A DNA stretch of 58,851 nucleotides, filler included, from Bipalium vagum (lineage: Eukaryota): assembly GCA_037834085.1 (NCBI GenBank). It is 3 parts of 3 records of this genome, joined end to end, with 100 filler letters (N's around TTAATTAATTAA, not from the genome) between each part and the next. Parts side by side here need not be neighbours in the genome. Positions count along the whole stretch, not along the records: positions 1 to 19,852 come from JBBMKC010266295.1; 2 more parts are not named here. One strand, given 5' to 3'. The position numbers were made by a program, and so were the translations under genes. The notes under the pieces are model-generated. The model was not told the origin of the DNA. It did no database searches and worked only from the letters and a program-made list of their open reading frames with translations. Below, piece by piece: positions 1 to 11,700 of this stretch. The stretch's first letter is position 1. Each line of letters opens with the position of its first letter.

Positions 1-767
1 TTGTCAGCTCTGTAACCACTTCGGCCCAACTCTTATTATTTATATTTATATCATAGTAAGCACTCCGTGCCATTCCATTTAAATGAATCGGTAATCTCCT
101 CACCATTCGAACCTCATCATATCCAAATGCTTCGGCTACCTGTCTGTATTCGGCCATGAAATCTGCAAACTCCGTTGGTTCTCCACCAAACACTCGAACT
201 GGTAATTTCACCATTTCATAATCCACGACTTCTATTCTTTTTGCTTCCTCCTTGACTTGAATCTGAGCTTCTACTTTCCAAATTTTCTTCTCCCAATTGA
301 CAATTAGCTAATCTTGTTGAGCCTCTAGTTATTCTCCTTTGCAAACCACTTTCTACTTCCTTCTGTTGTCCTAAATTCGATTTCCTTCCTCTAAAACTCG
401 CCACACTTTTCAAAAACGAGCTTTTACCAAAGTTTAAAGACCAAGTCACCAAAAAAATTTGTTAATGCCACACAGGACTTGCAAAAAAAATCTAAACAAT
501 AATCGAAATTCCCAACTCTTTGAATTTAAAATTGCCAAATAGTTCAGAAATTTATCAAATTTGTGTAAAAAAAATTTACTTTAATTTTAATCAGAATATA
601 ATCAAGAATCACAAAATTAATCGATTTTAAAATCACCAACTCAATTCACGTCGACCTTTGCACAAAGTTCAAAATCTTCAAATTATTTCAATTTTTCAAC
701 GATTCACAAATTACCCGTCGGTCGTTCAACAACTGCTCCTTGAATCACGGACCAAATTCGAATCTCA

Positions 768-790
768 AAATCACGTCGGTCGTTTATCAA
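768..790 (-). promoter_or_regulatory. Degenerate primer-binding site, tRNA-Trp-like
   Basis: Plus-strand AAATCACGTCGG next to the LTR edge matches the 3' region of eukaryotic tRNA-Trp (...AAATCACGTCGGGGTCACCA); the terminal bases have diverged. Confidence 0.5.
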
Positions 791-1227
791 TTGTTACTAT
801 TATACTGAAACGTAGCAACGTATGCTCGTCTGCTCGCGACTCCTCACTTTTTATAACTCGTATTCGAAATCCCTCTCAACCCTTTTTATTTTAAAACACC
901 ATCCACTATTCTGTATCCACACCCTAAAGAACCAATTCGAAATCTTTAAAATAAAATTACAATGGTTAAATCGCTCAGAAAAAAAAAACAAAGCGTTATT
1001 ATAGATAACACAAAATTCTGCTAGTGCTGAATTCGACTTGAATAATAATAATAAATTAATAATAAAATTAAAAAAAAACAAATACAAAAATGAACAAATA
1101 GGTCTCACCAAGAGTGGCAAGGGGTCCCCGGGTCTCCATCTAGGCCCTTCTCAGGTCGCCTACGGGTTCCCAAGCTCGCTGGGTCCCCTTGTTTAAATCC
1201 GGCTGCATCATCATTAATTATTACGGA

Positions 1228-1347
1228 ATTGACGTACTGATTCCTCTGGCTTATTGACGTACTGATTTCTCTGCTTATTGACGTACTGATTTCTCTGCTT
1301 ATTGACTTACTGATTCTTCTGGCTTGTTGACGTACTGATTTCTCTGC
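1228..1347. repeat. Tandem repeat, five copies of ~24 bp (TTATTGACGTACTGATTTCTCTGC), inside the LTR
   Basis: Directly visible; head-to-tail units with no spacers. Confidence 0.92.
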
Positions 1348-2601
1348 TATTAACGGGAATAGCTGTCTCCTTTTATAGGCACAGAGATTGGCCTACGATC
1401 ACCAATCCCTACGCTTAGAGACGGCTATTTTTCTTAATAGCCTCTCACTATCTCCACACCGAGATAGTCCTTATCGATGCTAATGAATTCCTGTCAGGAA
1501 TCCATTAGCCTGATCACATGAAAAATAATCCCCACGGGGGGATTTCTCCATTAATAATTAATAAGAAAAAATTTCTCCTTTTTTGAAAAATAATTTTTTA
1601 TTATTATTCCAAAACTCAACTTATGTAATTGCCTTATTCCTATCTCGAAACTCAAGAAAAACGATTATTTTTTTTGTTCTTCTTGGGAGGTAAAGAAGGG
1701 AAATTGAATTTGTAAGGGGTGATTTTGTTCCATTCTCTGAGTTTATTTCTATTATAATATTAATAAAATAATAATATTATTACTCAAAAATACAATAATT
1801 AAGAAGAATAATGCAAAATAATCAAAAATATTAATAAATTTTTTTTTATAATAATCCGGAAACTATTTACATTAAAAATAGTAAACAAAAGACAAGACCA
1901 AATTAATAAATATATATATTTTTTATCGGACTCAAACACAAAGGAGTATTCGCCACAATGATTCTGAAAAAAGTTTCTTGACACCATTTTTCATGGCTTC
2001 GCTGGCTGGAGGGGGACTGCAGCTCTGTCGAGAATGTGGTCAAATTATTTCCAATGAAAAATCACACAAAACACAGTTTTTAATCTCTGACGAATTTCTT
2101 TTACAAACAGTGCGCTCACACAACAGCACAAAACAACAGAGAAAAAACATAACAAAACAAAACAACACCAACAAAACAAATGCAGTAGTCACACAGACAC
2201 AGCCACGGTCATAGTGCTAATAATTGCAAAACCACAATGCCTCAATTTCGTCACATCCTCTTGCTTTTTCATTTTAAAAAAGCACAATGATGATTTCGGA
2301 AAAACAATATAAAAGCACATTCCTCTCAATCATTCAGTGAATGTTGCGCCATCAAACAATATCATTTATATATTATAATACGATGGTGACGCAACACTTT
2401 TTCGCTCAAAATACACGACGCACTAACGAAAATTCAAGAAATCAATAATGATGATCGAATTAAAATAACAATGGATAATGGTGATTCACAGCACTTAATC
2501 GATAAAATAAATCAATAATAATAAAGGTATTAATGATAAGATAATAATAATAATAGCCTTAAGTTCAGATATATATTTTAAAGAATTTCACTTCGTCAGT
2601 T

Positions 2602-2703
2602 CTAGGTCCACAAATCTGATGGGAATGTGTCCAATTGATGCTGTATCGATTTTAGTTCGCCATTCAATTTGTATTGCAATCGAATTTTCATTTTCCAAGG
2701 CTG
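2602..2703 (-). CDS. AP1G1: AP1G1 last coding exon
   Basis: cag|[36 protein letters not shown]; parallels the gamma-adaptin C-terminus. Confidence 0.9.
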   Translation of the reverse strand, partial: QPWKMKIRLQYKLNGELKSIQHQLDTFPSDLWT

Positions 2704-5700
2704 CTGCATTGTACATTGGTAAAGATTAAATCATAGCGAAATCGTAATGAGAACAAAAATAACATTTATCGATTTGTTGAAAAGATAAACTGTCGGAAAA
2801 TCTCTTATTGTATTTCTAAGGACTTCAGAGATTTTAATTAATCTCATATCTCTGTGTCAGTTTATACAAATTATGTGGATTTTTATTGATAATTTTTTTA
2901 CATTATTTTTATAGTTTTATTCGACAAAATCTTTGAAAACAAGTTAATTTTAATAAAAAAATAATTTAATGCATTTTCAATATTAAATAATTAAATATTT
3001 CATAAATTTTAAGTGACAACGATTGGTTCCAACAGGCTACAAAGTGCAAAATAGTGAAAATTCAAATTAACAGAGGTGCATTTGTCAAAGTTGATATTTT
3101 TTTGTCACAGTAAAGACAAGAATTCTATTTATCCAAGCCGCAATCGAACACTTCCTCTATATTCAAATGATTATCTTAATTGATAATACATATATTGGTT
3201 TTCTTGATAAAAAATTCGTAATGTCAAAGTCGTTCAGAATGACGAGATTTGAATCTTTCTTTAACAGAAAATGTGTTCGATCGAAATAACTGATGAGAAA
3301 ATTTCAGAAAGAACAGAAAGACTTAAAATCAAATAACCTGGTACAGAATTTGAATTTAAAAATTAAAATTTTTGAAGAATAAAAAACAGAATATTGCATG
3401 ACTTACACACAATAATAAATCAATTTCACAATTAATCAATATCTATATTTAAAATTATTGACTAATAATAATAATGATAATAAAAAAAATAATTATTATT
3501 ATTATATAAAAATCAATTAAGGAAATCAAAAAAGAAAATTGTTACAAGAGTAAAACTCAGCAAAACTATTTAATATTCCCCAATCAATTAGACAAAAATT
3601 CAGTTCGGAAAAGGTTTAAAGAAAATTATTTTAGCACTTCATCGATAAAAATAAATTAATATTGATTGTGTCCTTGGAGAGACATTTGAAAATGGTGCAA
3701 AATAACCGGTCGTCGTCACAATTAATGGAGCAAAAATTAAGTCACGCTACCATTATAAGCGTGTAATCACAGTTTTAGCCTCTCAAATGACAGAATGAAA
3801 ATAATCCAAAGGACTACGACTGACGAAGCCAGTCAAAGCCGAAAATGGAGTTTAATCTTCGACTGATGTGTTACCACACTGACCTTTATAGATTCCGATA
3901 TTATCAAAAACAATGCTACACCATCTGCACTACAGACTATCACTTTAAAAACACTATTGTTGTGAATATTGATATTTACTACTAAAACCAACTCTTGGTT
4001 TTCTAAAATTAAAATATCATTCTTCCATAACAAACAGCTCTCATAAAAATATGGAGAAATTTTTTCAATTAATCGATAAAATTGAACACCAACATCTCAA
4101 AGACTTCTATTTTTTTAGAAAATTTTATTTGCACTCGGTAAAGTTTAACCATGGAGATCATATCATACATAAGCAAATCGAAATTCCGAATAAAATATAA
4201 AATGGGTCGAACTATTTGTCAGTATTACATTGAAAAAAATCAATACAACATAATAAAGTAAATTCTTTTATATGAAAGTTATAGATTCTTTAAAGATCAA
4301 TCAAAATCAATGAATATCATTAAAAAAAAATTTAAATTAATACAATTTATTAGCCAATAATAAAAAACATAATAATACACACAAATAATATATAAATCTA
4401 ACTAATTAATAAAAAAGAACAAACTTTATTCGGATTTGACAATTTGAGCAACTGTGTCAATGTGCCACCGAAGGGCATCAGTTTGTCAGAGGACGGTGCA
4501 AGAAGCACTAACTGAAAAGATTTTGGAACCGCTGCTTGGAATAGAAATTGATCAATTAGTAGATTGCCATTGTTAGTAGCATGAAGAGTAACTGTACTTT
4601 GCGTACTGGAAATTTTGTCAAAAAAGAATACCAAACTGAGACCGTGACCAGTTTCATAAACCGATATAGATGGAACTTAATAAAGAAATATCAATTTTTT
4701 TTGAAAAATCAATAAACAATTATTGCAATGATTTCTTAAATTATATCAATCTGAATTTTATGTAAAAATAACACTAAATCGTGTAAAACAACAGTTAAAT
4801 TATAATTAAGAAATAGTTAAATATCAAGCGACTTATAGTTGTAAAAATTAACTAATTTCTTCATATTCAAAACAGATCTTATAATATAACAACTCATTTT
4901 TACAAAATTATTTTTTTATTCAGACTCAAAACTACCACGAAGAACCGAAAATTCAATAAATTACCAGAACAGGCATTCCGAGCAGAGGTATTAATGAAGA
5001 ATTCAATGTGCACAGTGGTGCTTGTGTTGTGATTTGAAAAAGATCTTACTGTTTTCAAGACTTATATAAACATTCTTAAATTATTGATTCAGATCATTTC
5101 GGAATCTTCTCACCTACCTTTCAATTGCAGAAAAAATACATGCACTTTCTTAAATCATATTGGCACACAGTCACAGAATTGTTCAATAAATTCATGGTCA
5201 ATTCTTATCGATAACACTTAATTGAAATATCTTTAGATAGGTCATTAGCATAACTTATATCGTGAATTGATCAATAACTCATTAAAGTAGTTCAATTTCA
5301 TCAAAAAATAAATCGATTAAATTCAGATATTTTGGTGTTAAAATGAAAGTAAAAAGAGAACTTCTTAATTCTCAAGTTCCGATACATTTAATTTTTCTAC
5401 AATAATTACAACGGAAAAATTCTTTACTAACTCTCAATTCGAGGATTTTTTAGTATTTATCGATTCACAGTAAATTATTCATTGAAAAAAAATATTAATT
5501 GAATTATATTAAAGCAAGCCAAAGTATCCACGTAGAAACTGACGATGTGTTAATTCAGAACAGATCTGTCTTTAATAAAAGACTCCAATAAAGGTAGGAA
5601 ATCAATTTGATTGAGTGAAAATAAACAATATTATTAATTGACGAGATTCTTTTTTAAATATAAAAATATCGATAATCAATAATAAATAATGGAAATAATA

Positions 5701-8700
5701 ATTTTATTAAGCAATTTCTTCTAGACTTTTATCAAAATAATTTGTAAAAATAATTAAACTCACATTTTAAATAAAATTTCAGCAGATATTATCTTCATTT
5801 TGATATTTTGTTGGATTAAAATTAAAATCAATTAGAGTAAAATAAAAAATAAATTATTAATGATAAAAAATAATGATTTTTGAAGAATGATGCATACAGA
5901 AAAAATTATAATTTTTGTTATTTCATTCAAATATCCAACTATTTTTGATAAAAAGTTCATTTAAAAAGAATTTTTGGAACCACAAAATTAATTACTCGAT
6001 TACTACACAATAAATGATAAGAGACAATTTTCCAAAAGATCAGCTTCGTTTAATAAGAAAAGAATCAATAAAATAACTGAGAATTTATTATCCTGTTTTA
6101 TTTCAAAATAAATTTTTTTTTATAGATAACTCGTTTCTAATTTTTATATATCTTAAAAATTATTCATTAATTTTATATTGATAAAATATTGATTTTTTAA
6201 TAAAGTCTAAATTCAGGATAATAATTTTGATAGAAAAATGAAAACGGAAATAATTATTTGTACTTGTTGATTTTGATTCAGTTGGTTGATTCGATGTTAA
6301 GAGCTTTGGATGAGAAGGTGCAATTTCAGAATTTAAAGAGAGGTCTCCCAAGAGATCAAATATATTGCTTCCTGAAAAAAACGAAAACAATAATTGCTCA
6401 AACTTTCTCATAAAAATTTATTAGTTGTGGATAAAATATTTCTTCATTATTTACGACATTTATATATAAATAATGTTTTAATATCATCAATAAATAAATC
6501 AATTTAAAATAAAAATATTTTCATTACTTAATATAAAATAAATGGATACAAGTTTTTTAAAAAATTATTAACTTTCTTTTTTCAAATCATTTAATTTCTA
6601 ATTGACAATAATTAATAACAAGTTAATCGTCAATATTAAAATATAATACAATCAATTATATATATTTATAAATTTATATGTATTTGTAAAAAAAGGTTTG
6701 TCTCTCTGAAAATCATTGAATTTCAAGAAAATAATTAATATTAAAAAATCAATATTAATTATGATAAAATCTCAACATATAAGAAATTATCAATCGAATC
6801 AATATTTTTCTGTGACAAAATAATCTCAATATTGTTTGGTTTTGTCAAATTTAATTAACTCAATTTTTGCTTTTGTTCAGCTGAAACAATGTATTCTTTG
6901 AAGTAAGAATTCTGTTTATTTCTCAAACTGACTTTAATCAGCCAACCGCACAAAAACTAACAAAATCCATTTGAAAAATTAATACACGAAAATTTATATG
7001 TAAATGTTTTCCAAACACTTCTTGATATTTACTCCCATTTTAATAATCAATATAGAAAACTAAACCTTTCGAAAATCAATAATCACTAAATATGTAAAAA
7101 CATTGCTGTGAAATGGAAAATTGTGTATTTTGTAATATTTATCCAACTACACCTTATTTATCATTTAAATTAAAAAATCAATAAAATAAACTATAATTAT
7201 AACTATAATTATTCATTTTCGTTTCGACTCAAGTGGTGTCCAATTCGAATTACATCAAATAGTAATTTATAAAGTAATAATAATAATAACCGATTATAGT
7301 TCATCATGATTCAAAAATTTTAAAAAATTCAAATTTTTAAAAAATCAACTAAAACAGATTTCACTCTTTTAAATTAATAAATGTAATTGATTAAAAATAT
7401 TCGGCTATTAAATAAATACCGGCTGTATTGGGATCATGAACAATTCCATTTTGATTTGTAGCCGAAAGTGGAACGTTGTTTGGAATGGCTGAATCGGTCA
7501 GTGATAATAAATCCAACAATTGTCCTGCATTATTCGTCTTGCTGCTACCACCACCACTACCACCAGCCCCATTACCAGTACCAATCCCCATCGCATCGTT
7601 CACAATTTCTGTTCCATACCCGTTGACTTTAGCAGAAAGATTATTGGTCGATTCCACAATTTTGGCTTCGTGATTTTCCGTCATAGTTCCTGATAAAACC
7701 CGGGTTTCCAACACCGGCATAGACTCCAACAATCCCATTCGGAGATTGTCATAATTTCTGAAAATCGATGAAAACTCTACTGATCGTTGTTGCAGTTCAA
7801 GATTGATGCTTGTCGAATAAACACAGATAAGTTGCCGAATAAACCTGAATCAATTCAAATCAATAATAAGATCTTTTTGATAAGTCTTCAGAAAACGTTC
7901 CCGATTCTTAATTTTTGCAAATATTATGTATGATAATATAAATGAAGCTTTGACCAAAAATAATTAAATGTATTAAAAATTGAGAGTAATTTTTTAAAAA
8001 TAATTATTGGTATTTTAATTAATTGAGTCCTGAACTCTGTTAGCTGACGCTAGACAAGAAACTAGTTAATAAAAAGTTGATCTCAGAAAAAATCAATAAA
8101 TTTAAACTTATAATTTCTCCTAATATATATTTACTCTAAAAATTTCAATATTAATAATAAAAATAGCCAACGATATAAGATGGAAATCCAAATAACAAAT
8201 ATTGAAAGTACAAAATTGAAAAACGTTTACCAATGTTCACGTATAATAAACTATCCATAAAACATGAATATAATACCTATCTTATTTGTGCACGTATATT
8301 GATCAATTCAAATATAAAGTATATTAATAATAATAATAGCTAATCAATTTTCATTCAACCTATAACTGATAATAATTTCAATGAAATTCGTAGATAAACT
8401 TCAGATTTATTTTTAATTATATTCAGAGATTTCTCATAATCGGTAATCAATAATAGTAAGCGAATGCTTTTATGTATAACTCTATTAAAACACAAAAATT
8501 CATAATCTACAAGAATAAAAAAGAATTAAGAGAAATAACACCCATCAATTTGTAAAATTGAATAACATTGGAAAGCAGACTGAACTATTAATACTAATTG
8601 AACTCTCCATTATATCTATCGGCACCGAATTTGTATAAATCAAATCATGAAACGATTCCAGCAGATACTTATAATCCCGTTATGGTGTGTGCTTGCATCA

Positions 8701-11700
8701 GCAGTCCGGTCCAAAGAGGGAGATAGGTGAGCGGAGGATGGTTGAGATAATCACTCAATAATGCCTCGCCTCAGATTTGGAATGAATCGGTTGAACGAAA
8801 AACTCATAAAATATAAAGCGACATTTACAGAAAGCAGCCAATGAACGCCAAGGAATATTGTCAGAATTATCAATATAAATCCTGCGGAAATTTGAGCTGG
8901 CAGGAATGACAGCTTATAGCCAGAAACGCAATGGAGAACAGAATTAAAATTAAAAAATTCAATATGATTTGAATTTATCACTATATTCAAACGGAACAAT
9001 CCTTGGAAAAATTTGGTAATTTATAGATGTTTTTAGAATGACAACTAATATTGATTTTCAAAAAACTAGAGAAATTATTGGAAATATTGATTAAAAATTA
9101 TCAGATAGTTGTTAATGACTAAATTTTAAAACTCAATTGATAATTATCGATCATAATAATTTCTATAATCATTCAAATTTTCCATCTCCGGAAATCGATA
9201 TAAGTGGAAACGTGAGAAATGCTTAATAATTCCAAATTGATGTACATTGAAAAGACAATTTTATTTAGTCAATTTCTTACTATATTTATCCATGAAGAGA
9301 AATGATTTTTTTAAATTAACACTAAAATATAATAATAATAACTCAGAATTATATACGGACACAATGGTTTTTTGTTAATATTATGAGCAATTATGCCACA
9401 GCCTCTGTCAGTTGGCAGTTCAATACTCCACTTCTTCATTTATCAATACGTCAATTAGCGTGGACATTGATTTTCTAATGCAACTATTATACTTATTATT
9501 ATTAATATTAAAATTGAGCTCATCAATGAATTAAGAAAATTTTAATTTTCGAATTAGAAAATAAGTTTCTAGAAATAACAATAATACAGCTAATCTTCTC
9601 TAATTTACCACCCCTTTTTTTTGCATCATCTAAAATTTACCCGTAAATAAAAAAATTCAATAAATTAGACACAAACCCCCTAAAATATACTTTTATTTTT
9701 AAAGTACTTTTTTGTAACGTTTGTTAAGTAATTAATTGTAAACATACTTTTGGCATTATTTTTAACTTCCTTTTTAATAAAATGAATAAGTCAATATCAA
9801 TAAAGGAAAAACCAAAGATTGTTCGACATTTGCAATCCTTCGCCAATACAAAACATACAGAAGTAGCCAAAAAGTTTTCAAGAAAATTAATAAAAAAAAA
9901 TTTAATCTTTGGTTATTAGATATTAAGGAATCCCTAAAGAAACAGAAGAAAAAGATATTATGATTAGATAATTGTCATAGTCACAAGAATGTTACCCTGA
10001 CTAACATGCATGTAATATTCTTTCCAAAAATCAGCCACTTGATGGTGGTATTATAAGAAGTTTTAAGACAAAATATTATCAATTTTTGCTGTCTAATATT
10101 TGATCTAAAATTACTGTCATTAATAATGTACACAGCCTTTACAAACAGATGAATATCATGGACGGAATCAATTATATTTCATGGAGTTGGAATGAAGTTA
10201 CACAAGAAACAATTAAATACTGTTGGAAACACTTTTGGTATACTACTGATAAAATGATGATTGTGATCAAACAAAAATTGCTAGTATGGAAATTTCACAT
10301 TACGATCATTTAATCAATATGATTGAAGTGTCAGTACCCATATCACAACAATATATTCTGGATATGAAAATTGATGAAAATGAGCTTATTTTGGAATGGA
10401 TGAACGATTCCTCTTTAATTGAGGCAGAAAACTTATGATTCTGTTCTGATGAAGTTGTAATTTTGAAGTTATTCATTCTTATTTAAACTTACAAAAGAGA
10501 AAACGTTTGTTTTCAAATTAAATATGTATAAATAATAAAAGTTGATTTAAAAAGAAACCGATAAAAAAAATTTATAATCAATAAATAAAGAAAAATTTAT
10601 AAATATAAATAATTATTATTATTTAAAAGCATATATATATAAATGTGTGCGTGTATGAAAATAAAAGAAATAAAAAATAATATTATGTAAATATAATAAA
10701 ATATACTTAAATATAATATAAAATAAGTCAGTTCTACGAACGAATATTTATGATGAAATACAATTTATAATATTGAAACTAAAGTATTAAGCACTTCAAT
10801 AAAGTGAAACTTTTAATTTAATATTTTAAAAATAATTATTAATTAATTAATCTTTAAATCAAAATAACTATCAGAAATGAAAAATAACATACTTCAAACT
10901 ACTCTCGGACTTGAATCTCGTGCTCAGCTTTACCAGGCTCATCTGAATGATCTGCTTTGTGTATTGTGTAATAATAGAAGACAAAAGAGCCTTTTCCAAA
11001 GTGGCCAACACGTTGGACTCAGATACCGGCATTTTACAATTAGGAATTGACTCTGAAACGAACTGTGCGTGGTTGCTGTCAGCACCACCGACATTAACAT
11101 TGGACTCGTAATTGGCTTCGTCATCGATCGGTGTGACAGACTGCGCCGTAATCAAGTGCTCTCCATATTCGCCGATGCACCACGCCGCCACCTAAGCCAG
11201 AGCAGAAGCACCGAATGAAAATAAATCGATCAGAATAACACAATTCATTCATCATCAGTACTTGGATGAGAGGTTGTTGACTCATGTCATGTAGCAAAGC
11301 CGAATAAAGCCTTAATACTGCATACGCGTGCATTGCCGTTGTTTGAGATATCAGCGCCACTAATGACGACAAGACGTCGTCTCTGGCAAAATTTCCCGCC
11401 TAAGATGAGAGAGAATTTATTGTATGAGAAAATAATCGCGTTTCGTTCTGTAGTAAAAATGGAATCACACTCAAAAAATAGGACGGTACACGAATATGAA
11501 ATGGTGTTTAATGTCAGTCCAAGTATTGATGCAGAAAAAATGTAATAATTGTGAGTATTTAAACATATTTTAAAATTTTTATAAAGTACCCAATATTTTT
11601 AATAAATCTTTTAAAAAATATGACTGAAATTGTTGACAGCAGCCAACATGGTAACCGCAACCAAAGAATTTTAAGCCGAATCTCTCATCACAGGCCTGGA

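Larger units (their letters stand above)
1..1794 (-). mobile_element. 5' part of a Ty3/gypsy-type LTR retrotransposon (LTR ~792-1794, PBS, degenerate gag)
   Basis: Minus strand 215->1 reads MVKLPVRVFGGEPTEFADFMAEYRQVAEAFGYDEVRMVE/(frameshift)LPIHLNGMARSAYY...SWAEVVTELT, which is retrotransposon gag-like. The LTR 3' end GTAACA is at 792-797, followed by a PBS-like sequence. TATAAAA is at ~1371-1377. The outer LTR boundary is uncertain. Confidence 0.7.

Noticed and set aside
1228-1347. CRISPR-like repeat array
   Set aside because: The units are contiguous with no unique spacers, there are no cas genes, and the context is a eukaryotic LTR.
3290-3312. CTGATGA...GAAA hammerhead core
   Set aside because: No closing stem II pair and no stems I/III.
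7476-7673. Plus-strand Pro-rich ORF and other antisense ORFs over AP1G1 exons
   Set aside because: Shadow frames of the real minus-strand exons.
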